From Anaerolineae bacterium (GTDB lineage Bacteria > Chloroflexota > Anaerolineae > Promineifilales > Promineifilaceae), in assembly GCA_035459145.1 (NCBI GenBank), contig DATHYN010000168.1, positions 11,058-75,057 of the forward strand: DNA of 64,000 nucleotides, written 5' to 3'. Of the stretch, positions 28,135 through 37,046 are shown piece after piece. Both the position numbers and the translations under genes were made by a program. Each line of letters starts with the position of its first letter. Position 1 is the first letter of the stretch. The notes beneath the pieces were generated by a model. The model made no database searches. It had not been told where the DNA came from and saw nothing but the letters and a program-made list of their open reading frames with translations.

Positions 28135-29958
28135 ATGGAAGATGGCTTAGTTGGTCGCCGATTGGCGAATTATCGCATTGAGAGATTATTGGGTCAAGGG
28201 GGGATGGCTCAAGTATATTATGGTATTGATGAGAGTTTGCATCGTCCGGTGGCGATCAAGGCGATTGATTCGCGTTGGGGGCATCGGGAGACGTACATTC
28301 AGCGTTTGATTCAAGAAGCGCGGTCAATGGCGACATGGCGTCATGAGCATATTTTGCAGGTGTATTATGCGGGGCAAGAAGAGTATCTGTATTATTTTGC
28401 TATGGAGTATATTGACGGGCTTAATTTAGAGCAATCATTGACAGAGTATGGCGCGCGTGGGCAGTTAGCACCACAAGATGATGTATTGAACATTGGGGAG
28501 GCGGTAGCGTCTGCGTTAGATTATGCGCATGAGAAAGGGGTGGTACATCGGGATATAAAGCCGTCTAATGTGATGATTGCGAAAGATGGGCGGGTGGTAT
28601 TGGCGGATTTCGGGTTGGCGATGGATCAGCAGAGAGGGTCGTTGGGGGAGACGTTTGGGTCGCCACATTATATAGCGCCGGAGCAGGCGCGGAGCTCAGC
28701 GGCGGCGGTAGCGCAGTCGGATTTGTATGCGTTGGGGGTGATTTTGTATGAGATGTTAACGGGGGTGGTACCGTTTGATGATCCGTCACCGATGAGTATT
28801 GCGTTGATGCATTTGACAGATGCGCCACCATCGCCGCGGCAACTGAATCCGCGGTTGAATGAAGCGACGGAAGAGGTGTTGTTGAAGGCGTTGAGCAAGG
28901 AGCCTGAGGATCGGTATCCGTCGGGGGAGGCGTTAATGGAGGCGTTGCGGGAGGCGTTGGCTGAAGGGGAGATGGAGCCGGAGGTGCCGACGGAGTTGCC
29001 GCCGATGCCAACGGCCGTTTCAACCCCCTATGCGCGGCCGGTATCGCAGATGTCGATTGTGGATTTGGTGATGTTGCAGGCCGAGGCGGGTGTTGATTCT
29101 TTTTCGAACTTACCAAAAGTAGCCACGTCGAATAGTGTTATGAGGGAAGAGTTGCCCCGGTTGCCGGCGAGTGTGGTGACACCTGATCAAGGGCAAAAGC
29201 GGCAACAACGGTTTATCTATGGGGCTTTGGTCGGTTTGGTGTTGGTTGCTTTGTGTGGGGTGGTGTGGTTTATTCTTAATCCTGATCTTTTTATTCAAGT
29301 GGTTGATCCCACGCCGACATCGACGCCAACGACGGCGCCAACGCGGCAGCAAATTGTGGATGTGTCTTCCCCAACGGTAACGGCATCGGCCACACCGATT
29401 CCGGTGCCTAAAATCACACGGTTGACGCCAACTAACACACCAACCTTAACACCGTCGCCGTCGCCGACGGCGACGCCTGTGCCACCAACGCGGACACCAA
29501 CACCGACAAAGGTAACGACGCCGACAGCGACACCAACGGCGACACCCGTTACTGAAGGGCAACAGGTATTATTGTTATACAATGATTATAGTTTTTATCT
29601 ATTAAATTTAAGCGAAGATATCATCACGCCTAATTTATTGGTTTTAGAAGCGATTGATAATAGTACGGGAGATGGTACTAATTATCTATTTCCAGGGAAT
29701 CAATGGTCCCGTTTCTTCCCGCAAATTGATCCGGGGTATTGTGGCGGCATTGAGCCGGTTGAATCACCAGCCTTTCGTTTGTTGCGACCAACACAGTGTA
29801 CGGGATTTAATGCGATTGTGACCCCTGGGACAGACAATGAGTTGGTCTTTTGGATAGCGCGTGAGAATGTTGATCAGTTTCGTGCGTTGTGGCGCGGTCG
29901 TGAAGTGGGACGTTGTGATAGCCAAGTATCCGTTTGCGAAATATTTTTACCAGAATAA
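28135..29958 (+). CDS. Hanks-type serine/threonine protein kinase with one transmembrane helix, a Pro/Thr-rich linker and an unknown extracellular Cys-containing domain
   Basis: The glycine loop LGQGGMAQVY is present with AIK. The catalytic loop reads HRDIKPSN and DFG reads DFGLA. APE is present. The transmembrane segment is LVGLVLVALCGVVWFIL. TPTPT repeats follow. Confidence 0.9.
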   Translation: MEDGLVGRRLANYRIERLLGQGGMAQVYYGIDESLHRPVAIKAIDSRWGHRETYIQRLIQEARSMATWRHEHILQVYYAGQEEYLYYFAMEYIDGLNLEQSLTEYGARGQLAPQDDVLNIGEAVASALDYAHEKGVVHRDIKPSNVMIAKDGRVVLADFGLAMDQQRGSLGETFGSPHYIAPEQARSSAAAVAQSDLYALGVILYEMLTGVVPFDDPSPMSIALMHLTDAPPSPRQLNPRLNEATEEVLLKALSKEPEDRYPSGEALMEALREALAEGEMEPEVPTELPPMPTAVSTPYARPVSQMSIVDLVMLQAEAGVDSFSNLPKVATSNSVMREELPRLPASVVTPDQGQKRQQRFIYGALVGLVLVALCGVVWFILNPDLFIQVVDPTPTSTPTTAPTRQQIVDVSSPTVTASATPIPVPKITRLTPTNTPTLTPSPSPTATPVPPTRTPTPTKVTTPTATPTATPVTEGQQVLLLYNDYSFYLLNLSEDIITPNLLVLEAIDNSTGDGTNYLFPGNQWSRFFPQIDPGYCGGIEPVESPAFRLLRPTQCTGFNAIVTPGTDNELVFWIARENVDQFRALWRGREVGRCDSQVSVCEIFLPE

Positions 29959-29981
29959 CGGCGTTAAAAGATATTTTTTTG

Positions 29982-30647
29982 ATGGACTTAGCTTTTCAAC
30001 ACAAGTGGGATATTACAGCCGAAGAGGCCAAACAGTTGCAAATCGAGTTAGCTAGCCGGGTGGTTAGGCGTGATATGGTGGGGACAGTTCGTTATGTTGC
30101 TGGTGTCGATGTTGCTTTTTTTGACGAGGGGCGTATATCACAGGGAGCGGTTGTGGTTTTATCGTGGCCTGAGTTGCAAATTGTGGCGCAGGAGGTAGCT
30201 CGCCAAGAGACAACTTTTCCGTATGTGCCTGGCTTTTTATCTTTTCGAGAAGTGCCTGTTTTGCTGGCCGCATTAGCCAAGCTAGAGCAAGTACCGGATT
30301 TGATTTTGTGTGACGGGCAGGGAGTGGCTCATCCACGGCGGTTTGGGTTAGCGTGTCATTTAGGGGTTTTAACAGATATAGCGACAATAGGTGTGGCCAA
30401 AACTCGTTTTATTGGTGTGCATGAAGAGGTGCCGGTAGCACGTGGGAGTTCGGTTCGTTTAGTGGATAGTGGTGAAGAGGTGGGGCGAGTGGTGCGGACA
30501 CAAGCTGGGGTTCGTCCTTTGTATGTGTCTGTAGGGCATAAGGTGTCGTTGGAAACGGCCGTTACGTATGTTTTAGGATGTGCTCCCCGTTTCCGACTCC
30601 CAGAAACAACGCGCCAAGCAGATCGCTTGGCACGCATAAGATTATAG
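29982..30647 (+). CDS. nfi: Endonuclease V, the deoxyinosine 3' endonuclease
   Basis: Conserved blocks match E. coli Nfi: MDLA...VAGVDVAFF, PYVPGFLSFREVP, DLILCDGQGVAHPRRFGLACHLGVLTDIATIGVAKTRF. Confidence 0.9.
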   Translation: MDLAFQHKWDITAEEAKQLQIELASRVVRRDMVGTVRYVAGVDVAFFDEGRISQGAVVVLSWPELQIVAQEVARQETTFPYVPGFLSFREVPVLLAALAKLEQVPDLILCDGQGVAHPRRFGLACHLGVLTDIATIGVAKTRFIGVHEEVPVARGSSVRLVDSGEEVGRVVRTQAGVRPLYVSVGHKVSLETAVTYVLGCAPRFRLPETTRQADRLARIRL

Positions 30648-30702
30648 AGGTAAAGAATTTTTATTACCCCTATAGATTAAAGATTTTAAGATATCTTAGC
30701 AG

Positions 30703-30838
30703 GTTATGAGCGCCGCCGCCGTTGGGCCCGAACTGCTACCAATGCTTTTTCTTGCCGTTTTTGCTGTATATAATAAGCTAATTGGATGAGGTAGTATAAA
30801 GCTAAAGCAAATGGGGGGATGAGTGCAATTGTTAACAT
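30703..30838 (-). CDS. Possible small membrane protein of 44 aa, below the tracker cutoff
   Basis: The ATG-to-TAA ORF encodes MLTIALIPPFALALYYLIQLAYYIQQKRQEKALVAVRAQRRRRS. It has one hydrophobic helix followed by a poly-Arg tail. It lies in an otherwise empty 380-bp gap. Confidence 0.3.
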
Positions 30839-31041
30839 AGTTTTCCTATTTATCCATAAATTAGAAAGCAGTTGATTGGGTAATTGTGAATCGTATTGTT
30901 AACTTGCTTTCCTAACGTTAATCACTTTCCCATTGAAAGTATATAAAGTAACAAGTATTGTGTATATTGTAGCGTAGTTTGTCACCTTATCTGTAATCTA
31001 TTTTACAGGGAAGCGAGTGAAAGGCAAATATGCTAATAGTA

Positions 31042-31701
31042 CTAATCGGTTTTAGGGGGAATTGTTGGCGGGTGTTCCTCCGTATTTTTAGGGGAGGTAG
31101 GGCGTCGTGACAAGATGAGGGGTTTGTCGGGTAAAGCTTCATCGTCATCGGGGGTAATTGGATTTTCGAGATGTTCTTCGGCGGCTTTAAACCAAGACCA
31201 GACAAAGGTGATGGCGAGTGTGGTGGTGATGATGGTGATGAAGAATGATGAGATGCTCCAGACGACGAAATTAAGCATATAAGCGACCCCATAGAGGGCT
31301 AAAGCGATGAAAAAGCCAACGATGAGCCCTTGTTTGGCCCCTTCTTTGGCGGTATCGGGGCTGCTACCAAAGACGGCACCGATGAAAAAGGCATTGATAG
31401 TGGTACGGGTTATGGTGAGCCAATCGGCGTCTTGGCGCCAGCTAAGGAAAGCGCCAACGATGGCAACGATGAGGCCAGTCATAAGGAGACGACGGCCACG
31501 GGCGGGGGGATGGATACGATCGGCGAGGAGCAAACCCCATAAAGAAAAGATGAGAATTGCGAAGATGGTGGTGATGACGCCATTATCGGTGGTGATGAAA
31601 AGGCCATTAAGGGTACCAATAACAGCACCGATGAAGTGGCGGGGGCTATTGGTGAGGGCATGGAAAATAGCTCGGTATTGGTTGATGAAGTTATCAAACA
31701 T
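31042..31701 (-). CDS. Integral membrane protein of unknown function, with about 5 predicted transmembrane helices
   Basis: Hydrophobic segments include IGAVIGTLNGLFI, TIFAILIFSLWGLLL and GLIVAIVGAFLSW. It is separated by 3 nt from the upstream hydrolase gene. Confidence 0.6.
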   Translation of the reverse strand: MFDNFINQYRAIFHALTNSPRHFIGAVIGTLNGLFITTDNGVITTIFAILIFSLWGLLLADRIHPPARGRRLLMTGLIVAIVGAFLSWRQDADWLTITRTTINAFFIGAVFGSSPDTAKEGAKQGLIVGFFIALALYGVAYMLNFVVWSISSFFITIITTTLAITFVWSWFKAAEEHLENPITPDDDEALPDKPLILSRRPTSPKNTEEHPPTIPPKTD

Positions 31702-31704
31702 AGT

Positions 31705-32400
31705 TTATCTTGTCCATCGTTGTTGAAGCCAAGGTACGGCAGTGGCTAAAGGTTTTACAAATTTATCTGTTTGATAGTGGGTGATGTGGTCAAGGAGGGT
31801 GAGGTGGATATCAGTGCCAGCATTTTGTAGGGTTTGAACGGCCGTTATCGTCCGCTCAACCGGAAAAATTTCATCCTGACGGGCATTAATTAAAAAGAGA
31901 GGGATTTGCCAGTCAGTGGTTAATGAATCAGCTAACGGTTGTGCGGCTAGAGGGAGAGCGGCGGCGAAATAATCTTGGTGCCGAGCGGCCATATACCAAC
32001 TACCAAGGCCGCCTTTGCTATAGCCAGTGACAACACGTTGTTGGGGATTAATTGGGTAGTGTGATTCGATGTAATCGAGTAAGTTGATAAGATGAGTTTC
32101 ACTTTGAGGTGTGCGCCAATCGGTATAGGTACAATCGGGGGCGACAAAGATAGCGTTTAAGGAGCGTAGGGCGGGTTCGAGGAGTGATTGGAGAATGCTG
32201 GCGCCGTAGTAGGGGGTGACAGGGCCACCCCAGTGGAGCGTTAGAACGAGGGGATATTGATTTTGTGATTGGTAGTCTGTGGGTAGAGAGAGGGTAAAGC
32301 GCTCTTGGTTAGGGGGCAAGGTTAGTTGGTGGAAACCGGCTGTTTGTGGCAGTTGTTGTGCGGTCATGGTTATATATTCTTTAAATAAGGGATGAGTCAT
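31705..32400 (-). CDS. Alpha/beta-hydrolase fold esterase, resembling a phospholipase, carboxylesterase or dienelactone hydrolase
   Basis: The nucleophile elbow GYSKGG (GxSxG) is present. HWGG lies upstream. Size is about 230 aa. The start is ambiguous, with candidates at 32400 and 32367. Confidence 0.7.
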   Translation of the reverse strand: MTHPLFKEYITMTAQQLPQTAGFHQLTLPPNQERFTLSLPTDYQSQNQYPLVLTLHWGGPVTPYYGASILQSLLEPALRSLNAIFVAPDCTYTDWRTPQSETHLINLLDYIESHYPINPQQRVVTGYSKGGLGSWYMAARHQDYFAAALPLAAQPLADSLTTDWQIPLFLINARQDEIFPVERTITAVQTLQNAGTDIHLTLLDHITHYQTDKFVKPLATAVPWLQQRWTR

Positions 32401-32453
32401 CCCGAATGAAATTGTTCAGGTGAGGTTGTGGTTGGAAAATCGGGATGACTCAT
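32392..32453 (-). promoter_or_regulatory. Hairpin with a 13-bp perfect stem and 36-nt loop between the PLP-enzyme stop and the hydrolase start. It sequesters the hydrolase ATG.
   Basis: atgagtcatcccg...cgggatgactcat. The 3' arm on the minus-strand mRNA reads CGGGAUGACUCAU and contains the annotated ATG (32400-32398). Confidence 0.5.
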
Positions 32454-32462
32454 GTGTTAGTT

Positions 32463-33608
32463 CTAAGCGACGACGTTGAGGGCTTGTTCTAGGTCGGCGA
32501 TGATGTCGGTGACATCTTCGATGCCAACGGAAAGACGAACGAGGCCATCGGTGAGGCCGCGGGCAAGGCGGTCTTCGCGGGGGACTTCGACGTGGGTCAT
32601 GGTTGCTGGATGGGTGATCATCGTTTCAACAGCACCTAAGCTTTCGGCGAGGGCACAAAGTTGGACGTTGTTCATTAATGTTTTACCAGCATCGAGGCCA
32701 CCTTTGAGTTCGAAGGAGATCATGCCACTAAAGCCACACATTTGTCGTTTAGCGATGTCGTGTTGGGGGTGGCTGGGGAGGCCGGGGTAGATGACACGGC
32801 TGATTTTGTCATGGGCTTCGAGGAATTGGGCCACTTTGAGGCCGTTTTCGGAATGTTTTTTCATGCGGAGGTCGAGGGTTTTGAGGCCGAGGAGGGTGAG
32901 CCAGCAATCGAAGGGGCTGGAGACGGCGCCAACACTTTTTTGGATATATTTGAGTTGTTTGAATAACTCTTCGTCGTTGGTGATGGCGATCCCGCCGATG
33001 ATTTGATTATGGCCGCTGAGGTATTTGGTGGTGCTGTGAACGATGATATCGGCACCCCAGTGGAGTGGTTGGAGGAGGGCGGGGGTGGCAAAGGTGGGGT
33101 CGACGACAAAGAGCAGTTCATGCTCTGTGGCAATTTTGCCGACAGCTTCTAAATCAGTCACTTTGAGTAGGGGGTTGGTTGGTGTTTCGACCCAAATCAT
33201 TTTGGTATTGTCTTGGATGGCGGCGGTGATATTGGCAGGGTCGGTGGTGTCGACGTAGGTGAAGGTAAGGCCAAAGCGGGTGAGAATATTATTGAAGAGA
33301 CGAGAGACACCGCCATAGACATCATCGCCGGTGATGATATGGTCACCCGCATTGAGAAGACGTAAGACAGCGTCGGTGGTGGCCATACCAGAGGCAAAGG
33401 AGACGCCGTATTGGCCGCCTTCGATGGCGGCTAGACTGTTTTCGAGGACAGCGCGCGTGGGGTTGGAAGAACGGGTGTAATCGAACCCTTTATCTTTACC
33501 AACTTCTTCGAGGACAAACGTGGCTGTTTGGTAGAGGGGGGGTATGATGGAGCCGGTGGTGGGATCAGGATGGATGCCGGCGCGGACAGTTTTGGTTGCA
33601 AATTTCAT
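32463..33608 (-). CDS. Cys/Met-metabolism PLP-dependent enzyme, a cystathionine gamma-synthase or beta-lyase of the MetB/MetC family
   Basis: The N-terminus reads TKTVRAGIHPDPTTGSI...TATF. STTKYLSGHNQIIGG carries the PLP-binding lysine. Size is 381 aa. Confidence 0.88.
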   Translation of the reverse strand: MKFATKTVRAGIHPDPTTGSIIPPLYQTATFVLEEVGKDKGFDYTRSSNPTRAVLENSLAAIEGGQYGVSFASGMATTDAVLRLLNAGDHIITGDDVYGGVSRLFNNILTRFGLTFTYVDTTDPANITAAIQDNTKMIWVETPTNPLLKVTDLEAVGKIATEHELLFVVDPTFATPALLQPLHWGADIIVHSTTKYLSGHNQIIGGIAITNDEELFKQLKYIQKSVGAVSSPFDCWLTLLGLKTLDLRMKKHSENGLKVAQFLEAHDKISRVIYPGLPSHPQHDIAKRQMCGFSGMISFELKGGLDAGKTLMNNVQLCALAESLGAVETMITHPATMTHVEVPREDRLARGLTDGLVRLSVGIEDVTDIIADLEQALNVVA

Positions 33609-33768
33609 AATTGTTTGTTGCCTATTGGGAATAGGCTACTCCTTTTTGGTAGAGATCTGTGTTAAGTTGTTACACTTAATAAATAAATTCAGAGTTTAAT
33701 TTTACGTGAGAGTGGTAGGTTTGGCATGTAATTAATGGTGAAGATGAGGGATTATTTACTAACCTAAT

Positions 33769-34668
33769 CTATTGTAGGTGGTTGTGGGCGAGGGCGAAGG
33801 CGCCGGCGACGCCGGCTTGGTTGCCGAGGGCAGGGGGGACGATATAGTCAGCGATATTTTTTTGGACAGCAGGGGAGGCGATGTAGGTATTTAGTAGTTG
33901 TTTGGTTTTGGCTTGGATGAGGGGGAAAAGATGTTGTTGATTCATGACACCGCCGCCGAGAATGATGCGTTGAGGCGAGATGATACAGATAAGGTTATGG
34001 AGGGCGGTAGCGATATAGTGGGCTTCTAACTCCCAGGCTGGATGGTTAGGGGGGAGTTGGTCACCGGGGGTTTGCCAGCGGTCGGCGATGGCGGGGCCAG
34101 CGGCTAAGCCTTCGAAGCAGTGGCCGTGGAAGGGGCAGTGGCCGGAATAGGTATCATCGGGGGCGAGGGGGAGGCGCATGTGGCCGAGTTCGGGGTGGAT
34201 GAGGCCATGGATGAGTTGGCCGTTGGCGATAATGCCGCCGCCAATGCCGGTACCGATAGTGATGTAGATGAACGTGTCGAGATTTTGGCCGGCGCCCCAG
34301 CGGTATTCGCCGAGGGCGGCGCCATTGACATCGGTATCAAAGGTGATGGGTAAGTTGAGGCTTTGGTGGAGAGGGCCAACGACATCGGTATTTTTCCACT
34401 GTGGTTTGGGCGTAGTGGTGATATAGCCGTAAGTGGGGGATTGGGGGTGGGGGTCGAGAGGACCGAAGGCGGCGACGCCGAGGGCGGCGAGGGGGCCATG
34501 TTCGTTTTGTTGTTCTTGGAAAAAGGTAATGGCTTGGGCCAATGTATCTGAGGGAGTGGTGGTGGGGAAGCGAATTTCGGCGCGGATATCATCAGGGCCG
34601 GTACCGATGGCGCAGACGAATTTAGTGCCACCTGCTTCGATGCCACCAACAAGTGGTTTTTGAGTCAT
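33769..34668 (-). CDS. ROK family sugar kinase, a probable fructokinase or Mak-like kinase
   Basis: The N-terminal ATP motif reads [14 protein letters not shown]. The ROK zinc motif reads [15 protein letters not shown]. Size is 299 aa. It is adjacent to the amylosucrase gene. Confidence 0.82.
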   Translation of the reverse strand: MTQKPLVGGIEAGGTKFVCAIGTGPDDIRAEIRFPTTTPSDTLAQAITFFQEQQNEHGPLAALGVAAFGPLDPHPQSPTYGYITTTPKPQWKNTDVVGPLHQSLNLPITFDTDVNGAALGEYRWGAGQNLDTFIYITIGTGIGGGIIANGQLIHGLIHPELGHMRLPLAPDDTYSGHCPFHGHCFEGLAAGPAIADRWQTPGDQLPPNHPAWELEAHYIATALHNLICIISPQRIILGGGVMNQQHLFPLIQAKTKQLLNTYIASPAVQKNIADYIVPPALGNQAGVAGAFALAHNHLQ

Positions 34669-34728
34669 AGAAAATCTCCATGGGTAAAAGTGAGTTGTTA
34701 TTGATCTGTTTTATCAGAATATGAGCAA

Positions 34729-36690
34729 TTAGACAATTTGTAACCAGACGGTTTGGTATGGTTGTAGGGTGATATTGCCCCAAGAGGGGAGGCGGGTTTC
34801 GGTGAGGTGGTCATAGCCACGGCCGGCGAAGCCTAGTTCGTCTAGACGATAGCGGGGAATTGTTTGGGCATGTTCGGTCATATTGGCGAGGATGAGGAGA
34901 CGGCCACGTTGGCCGTGGCGTAACAGCCCGAAGACATGGTCGTTGTGGATCCAGACGGCATCTGTTTGGGTTTGGGCATGGAGAAGGGGAAGGTTTTTAC
35001 GCTTATCGATTCGTTTTTGGATGCCTTGGAACAGTTGGCCAGGGATAGTGGTTGCGTCTTGGCGTTGTTGGGCGTGGTGCCAATCTAGGCGGGGGCGGTG
35101 GAGCCAGCGGTTGTCGTGGGCGGTGTTGGGGTTGTCTTGATAGGTGTAATCGTTGAGGAGGCCGAGTTCGTCGCCCATATAGAGGAGGGGGATACCGCCG
35201 AAGGTGAGCATGAGAGTATAAAGGAGGAGGATACGTTTGATAGCTAGGTCAATATGGTGTTCATTTTGTTCTTCGATTGCTTTTTCGAGGCCGGCGAGAG
35301 AGGCGAGCGAGCCGCTGATGCGGCGGTCGCCCGTTTTGGGATTGAATTGGAAGGTTTGGCCGCGGGCGAAACTGTGGGGGAATTGGCCGCTGTAAAAATC
35401 ACTGAGGAAGCTACGGTGCTGGTGAGCGGAGAGGCCGATGCCGCCAGCGTCGGCATCGGTGATGGCCCAGCCGATATCATCATGACAACGGATGTAGGTA
35501 CACCAGGCGGTATTGGCGGGGATGGTGGGCATTCGTTGCAAGGCATAGGTTAGGAGATTGGCTTTACGCTCGGCCAATGCGCTCCACAACAGCACCATAA
35601 AAACGTTATGATAAGCAAGTTCACACTCTTTGCCGGTCGCATCGCCAACGCCAAAATAAGCGACCAGATCATCAGGAGAGACAATCGCTTCAGCTTTGAG
35701 GATGAGGGCAGGGGCAGCAACGCGACTGAGCGCACGAAAAGCTTGTAAAATGGCATGAGCTTTAGGCCGATTTTGACTATCAGTGCCAAGCTGTTTCCAC
35801 ATGAAGGCCACGGCATCGAGACGTAATATTTCGACACCTTGATTGGCCAAGAAGAGAATAACGGATAACATTTCATTGAAAACGGCGGGGTTACTATAAT
35901 TGAGGTCCCATTGATATTCGTTAAAAGTAGTCCAGACCCAGCGTTTCATTTGGTCATAATAGGTGAAATTGCCTGGAGCCCAGTCGGGAAAGACTTCAGG
36001 GGTTGTTTGTTCATATTGATCAGGGAGATTACGATTAGAAAAAGTGTGGTAGTATCGTTGGTACGCTTTGTTGCCGGCTTGGGCTTGTTGGGCCCACTCA
36101 TGTTCTTTAGCGGTATGGTTGCAGACGAGGTCGATGCAGAGACTGATATTTTGTTGGCGTAGCGCTTGGGCGAGGGTGGCGAGGTCGTCCATGGTGCCGA
36201 GATCGTCACGGATTTGGCGGTAGTTGGCGACGGCATAGCCGCCGTCATTGGGGGCAGGGCGTGGTTGGAGGAGAGGCATGAGATGGAGATAAGAGATGCC
36301 GAGTTCTTGGAGGTAGGGGATTTTGGTATGGATGTCGTTGAGGTTTTGGGCAAAGCGGTCAGCGTAGCAGACGTAGCCAATCATGTTACTACGTTGAAAC
36401 CAGTCTGGGGTATTGAGGCGGCGGATATCGAGTTCGTGGAGGGGGGCCGAGCGATTGACATAGGCTTGGGCGGTTGTGGTGAGAAGATGTTGCAGGAGGG
36501 TGTTGAATTTCGGCCGTTGGCCATATAACAGATATAAGGGACGAACAATATCTTCCCAATGAGCTTGTAGACGTTGTTCAAAGCGGGCTTGTTGATAGGT
36601 ATCAAGTGTGCGTAGAGGGCCTGTGCGTAGATGTATTAGATGTTTTTGTACGGATATTTTTTTCATAAGATTATTTTGGTATACCTTCAA
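34729..36690 (-). CDS. Amylosucrase, a GH13 sucrose-utilising glucansucrase
   Basis: IGYVCYADRFAQNLNDIHTKIPYLQELGISYLHLMPLL...DGGYAVANYRQIRDDLGTMDDLATLAQALRQQNISLCIDLVCNHTAKEHEWAQQAQAGN aligns block-for-block with Neisseria amylosucrase. The start is uncertain: a TTG at 36690 or an ATG at 36666. Confidence 0.85.
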   Translation of the reverse strand: MKVYQNNLMKKISVQKHLIHLRTGPLRTLDTYQQARFEQRLQAHWEDIVRPLYLLYGQRPKFNTLLQHLLTTTAQAYVNRSAPLHELDIRRLNTPDWFQRSNMIGYVCYADRFAQNLNDIHTKIPYLQELGISYLHLMPLLQPRPAPNDGGYAVANYRQIRDDLGTMDDLATLAQALRQQNISLCIDLVCNHTAKEHEWAQQAQAGNKAYQRYYHTFSNRNLPDQYEQTTPEVFPDWAPGNFTYYDQMKRWVWTTFNEYQWDLNYSNPAVFNEMLSVILFLANQGVEILRLDAVAFMWKQLGTDSQNRPKAHAILQAFRALSRVAAPALILKAEAIVSPDDLVAYFGVGDATGKECELAYHNVFMVLLWSALAERKANLLTYALQRMPTIPANTAWCTYIRCHDDIGWAITDADAGGIGLSAHQHRSFLSDFYSGQFPHSFARGQTFQFNPKTGDRRISGSLASLAGLEKAIEEQNEHHIDLAIKRILLLYTLMLTFGGIPLLYMGDELGLLNDYTYQDNPNTAHDNRWLHRPRLDWHHAQQRQDATTIPGQLFQGIQKRIDKRKNLPLLHAQTQTDAVWIHNDHVFGLLRHGQRGRLLILANMTEHAQTIPRYRLDELGFAGRGYDHLTETRLPSWGNITLQPYQTVWLQIV

Positions 36691-37046
36691 AATACTACCT
36701 GCCTACAATGGGTCAATATGGCTACATCAAGTTGTAAAATAGATATGATGGTAGTTAATTTTACCACAGATTGTGGCATATATCGCTATTATGGAAATTA
36801 AGCTTATATGGTGTGAAACCTGAATAAAACGTTAAAATTGGTGACAAATCAGGGTAGTATTGGGGTGATATGCTTGACAATTTGGATCATTTTGATTAGA
36901 ATTTGCAATCTGTATAGACTAGCTGAATCTTTATTGAATGGAGGTTAATGGTAACCAAAATTTAACCCAAACATTTTTATTGAGTAGTTTCAGTTTTAAA
37001 CCTTTGTGTAGTGCAAAGATTTTGTTTAAAGGAGTTTGTCTTAAGT

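Noticed and set aside
33609-33768. Possible SAM (S-box) riboswitch upstream of the MetB/MetC-like gene
   Set aside because: There is only a single short palindrome (agcctattcccaataggct). None of the conserved S-box helices or the kink-turn consensus is recognisable.
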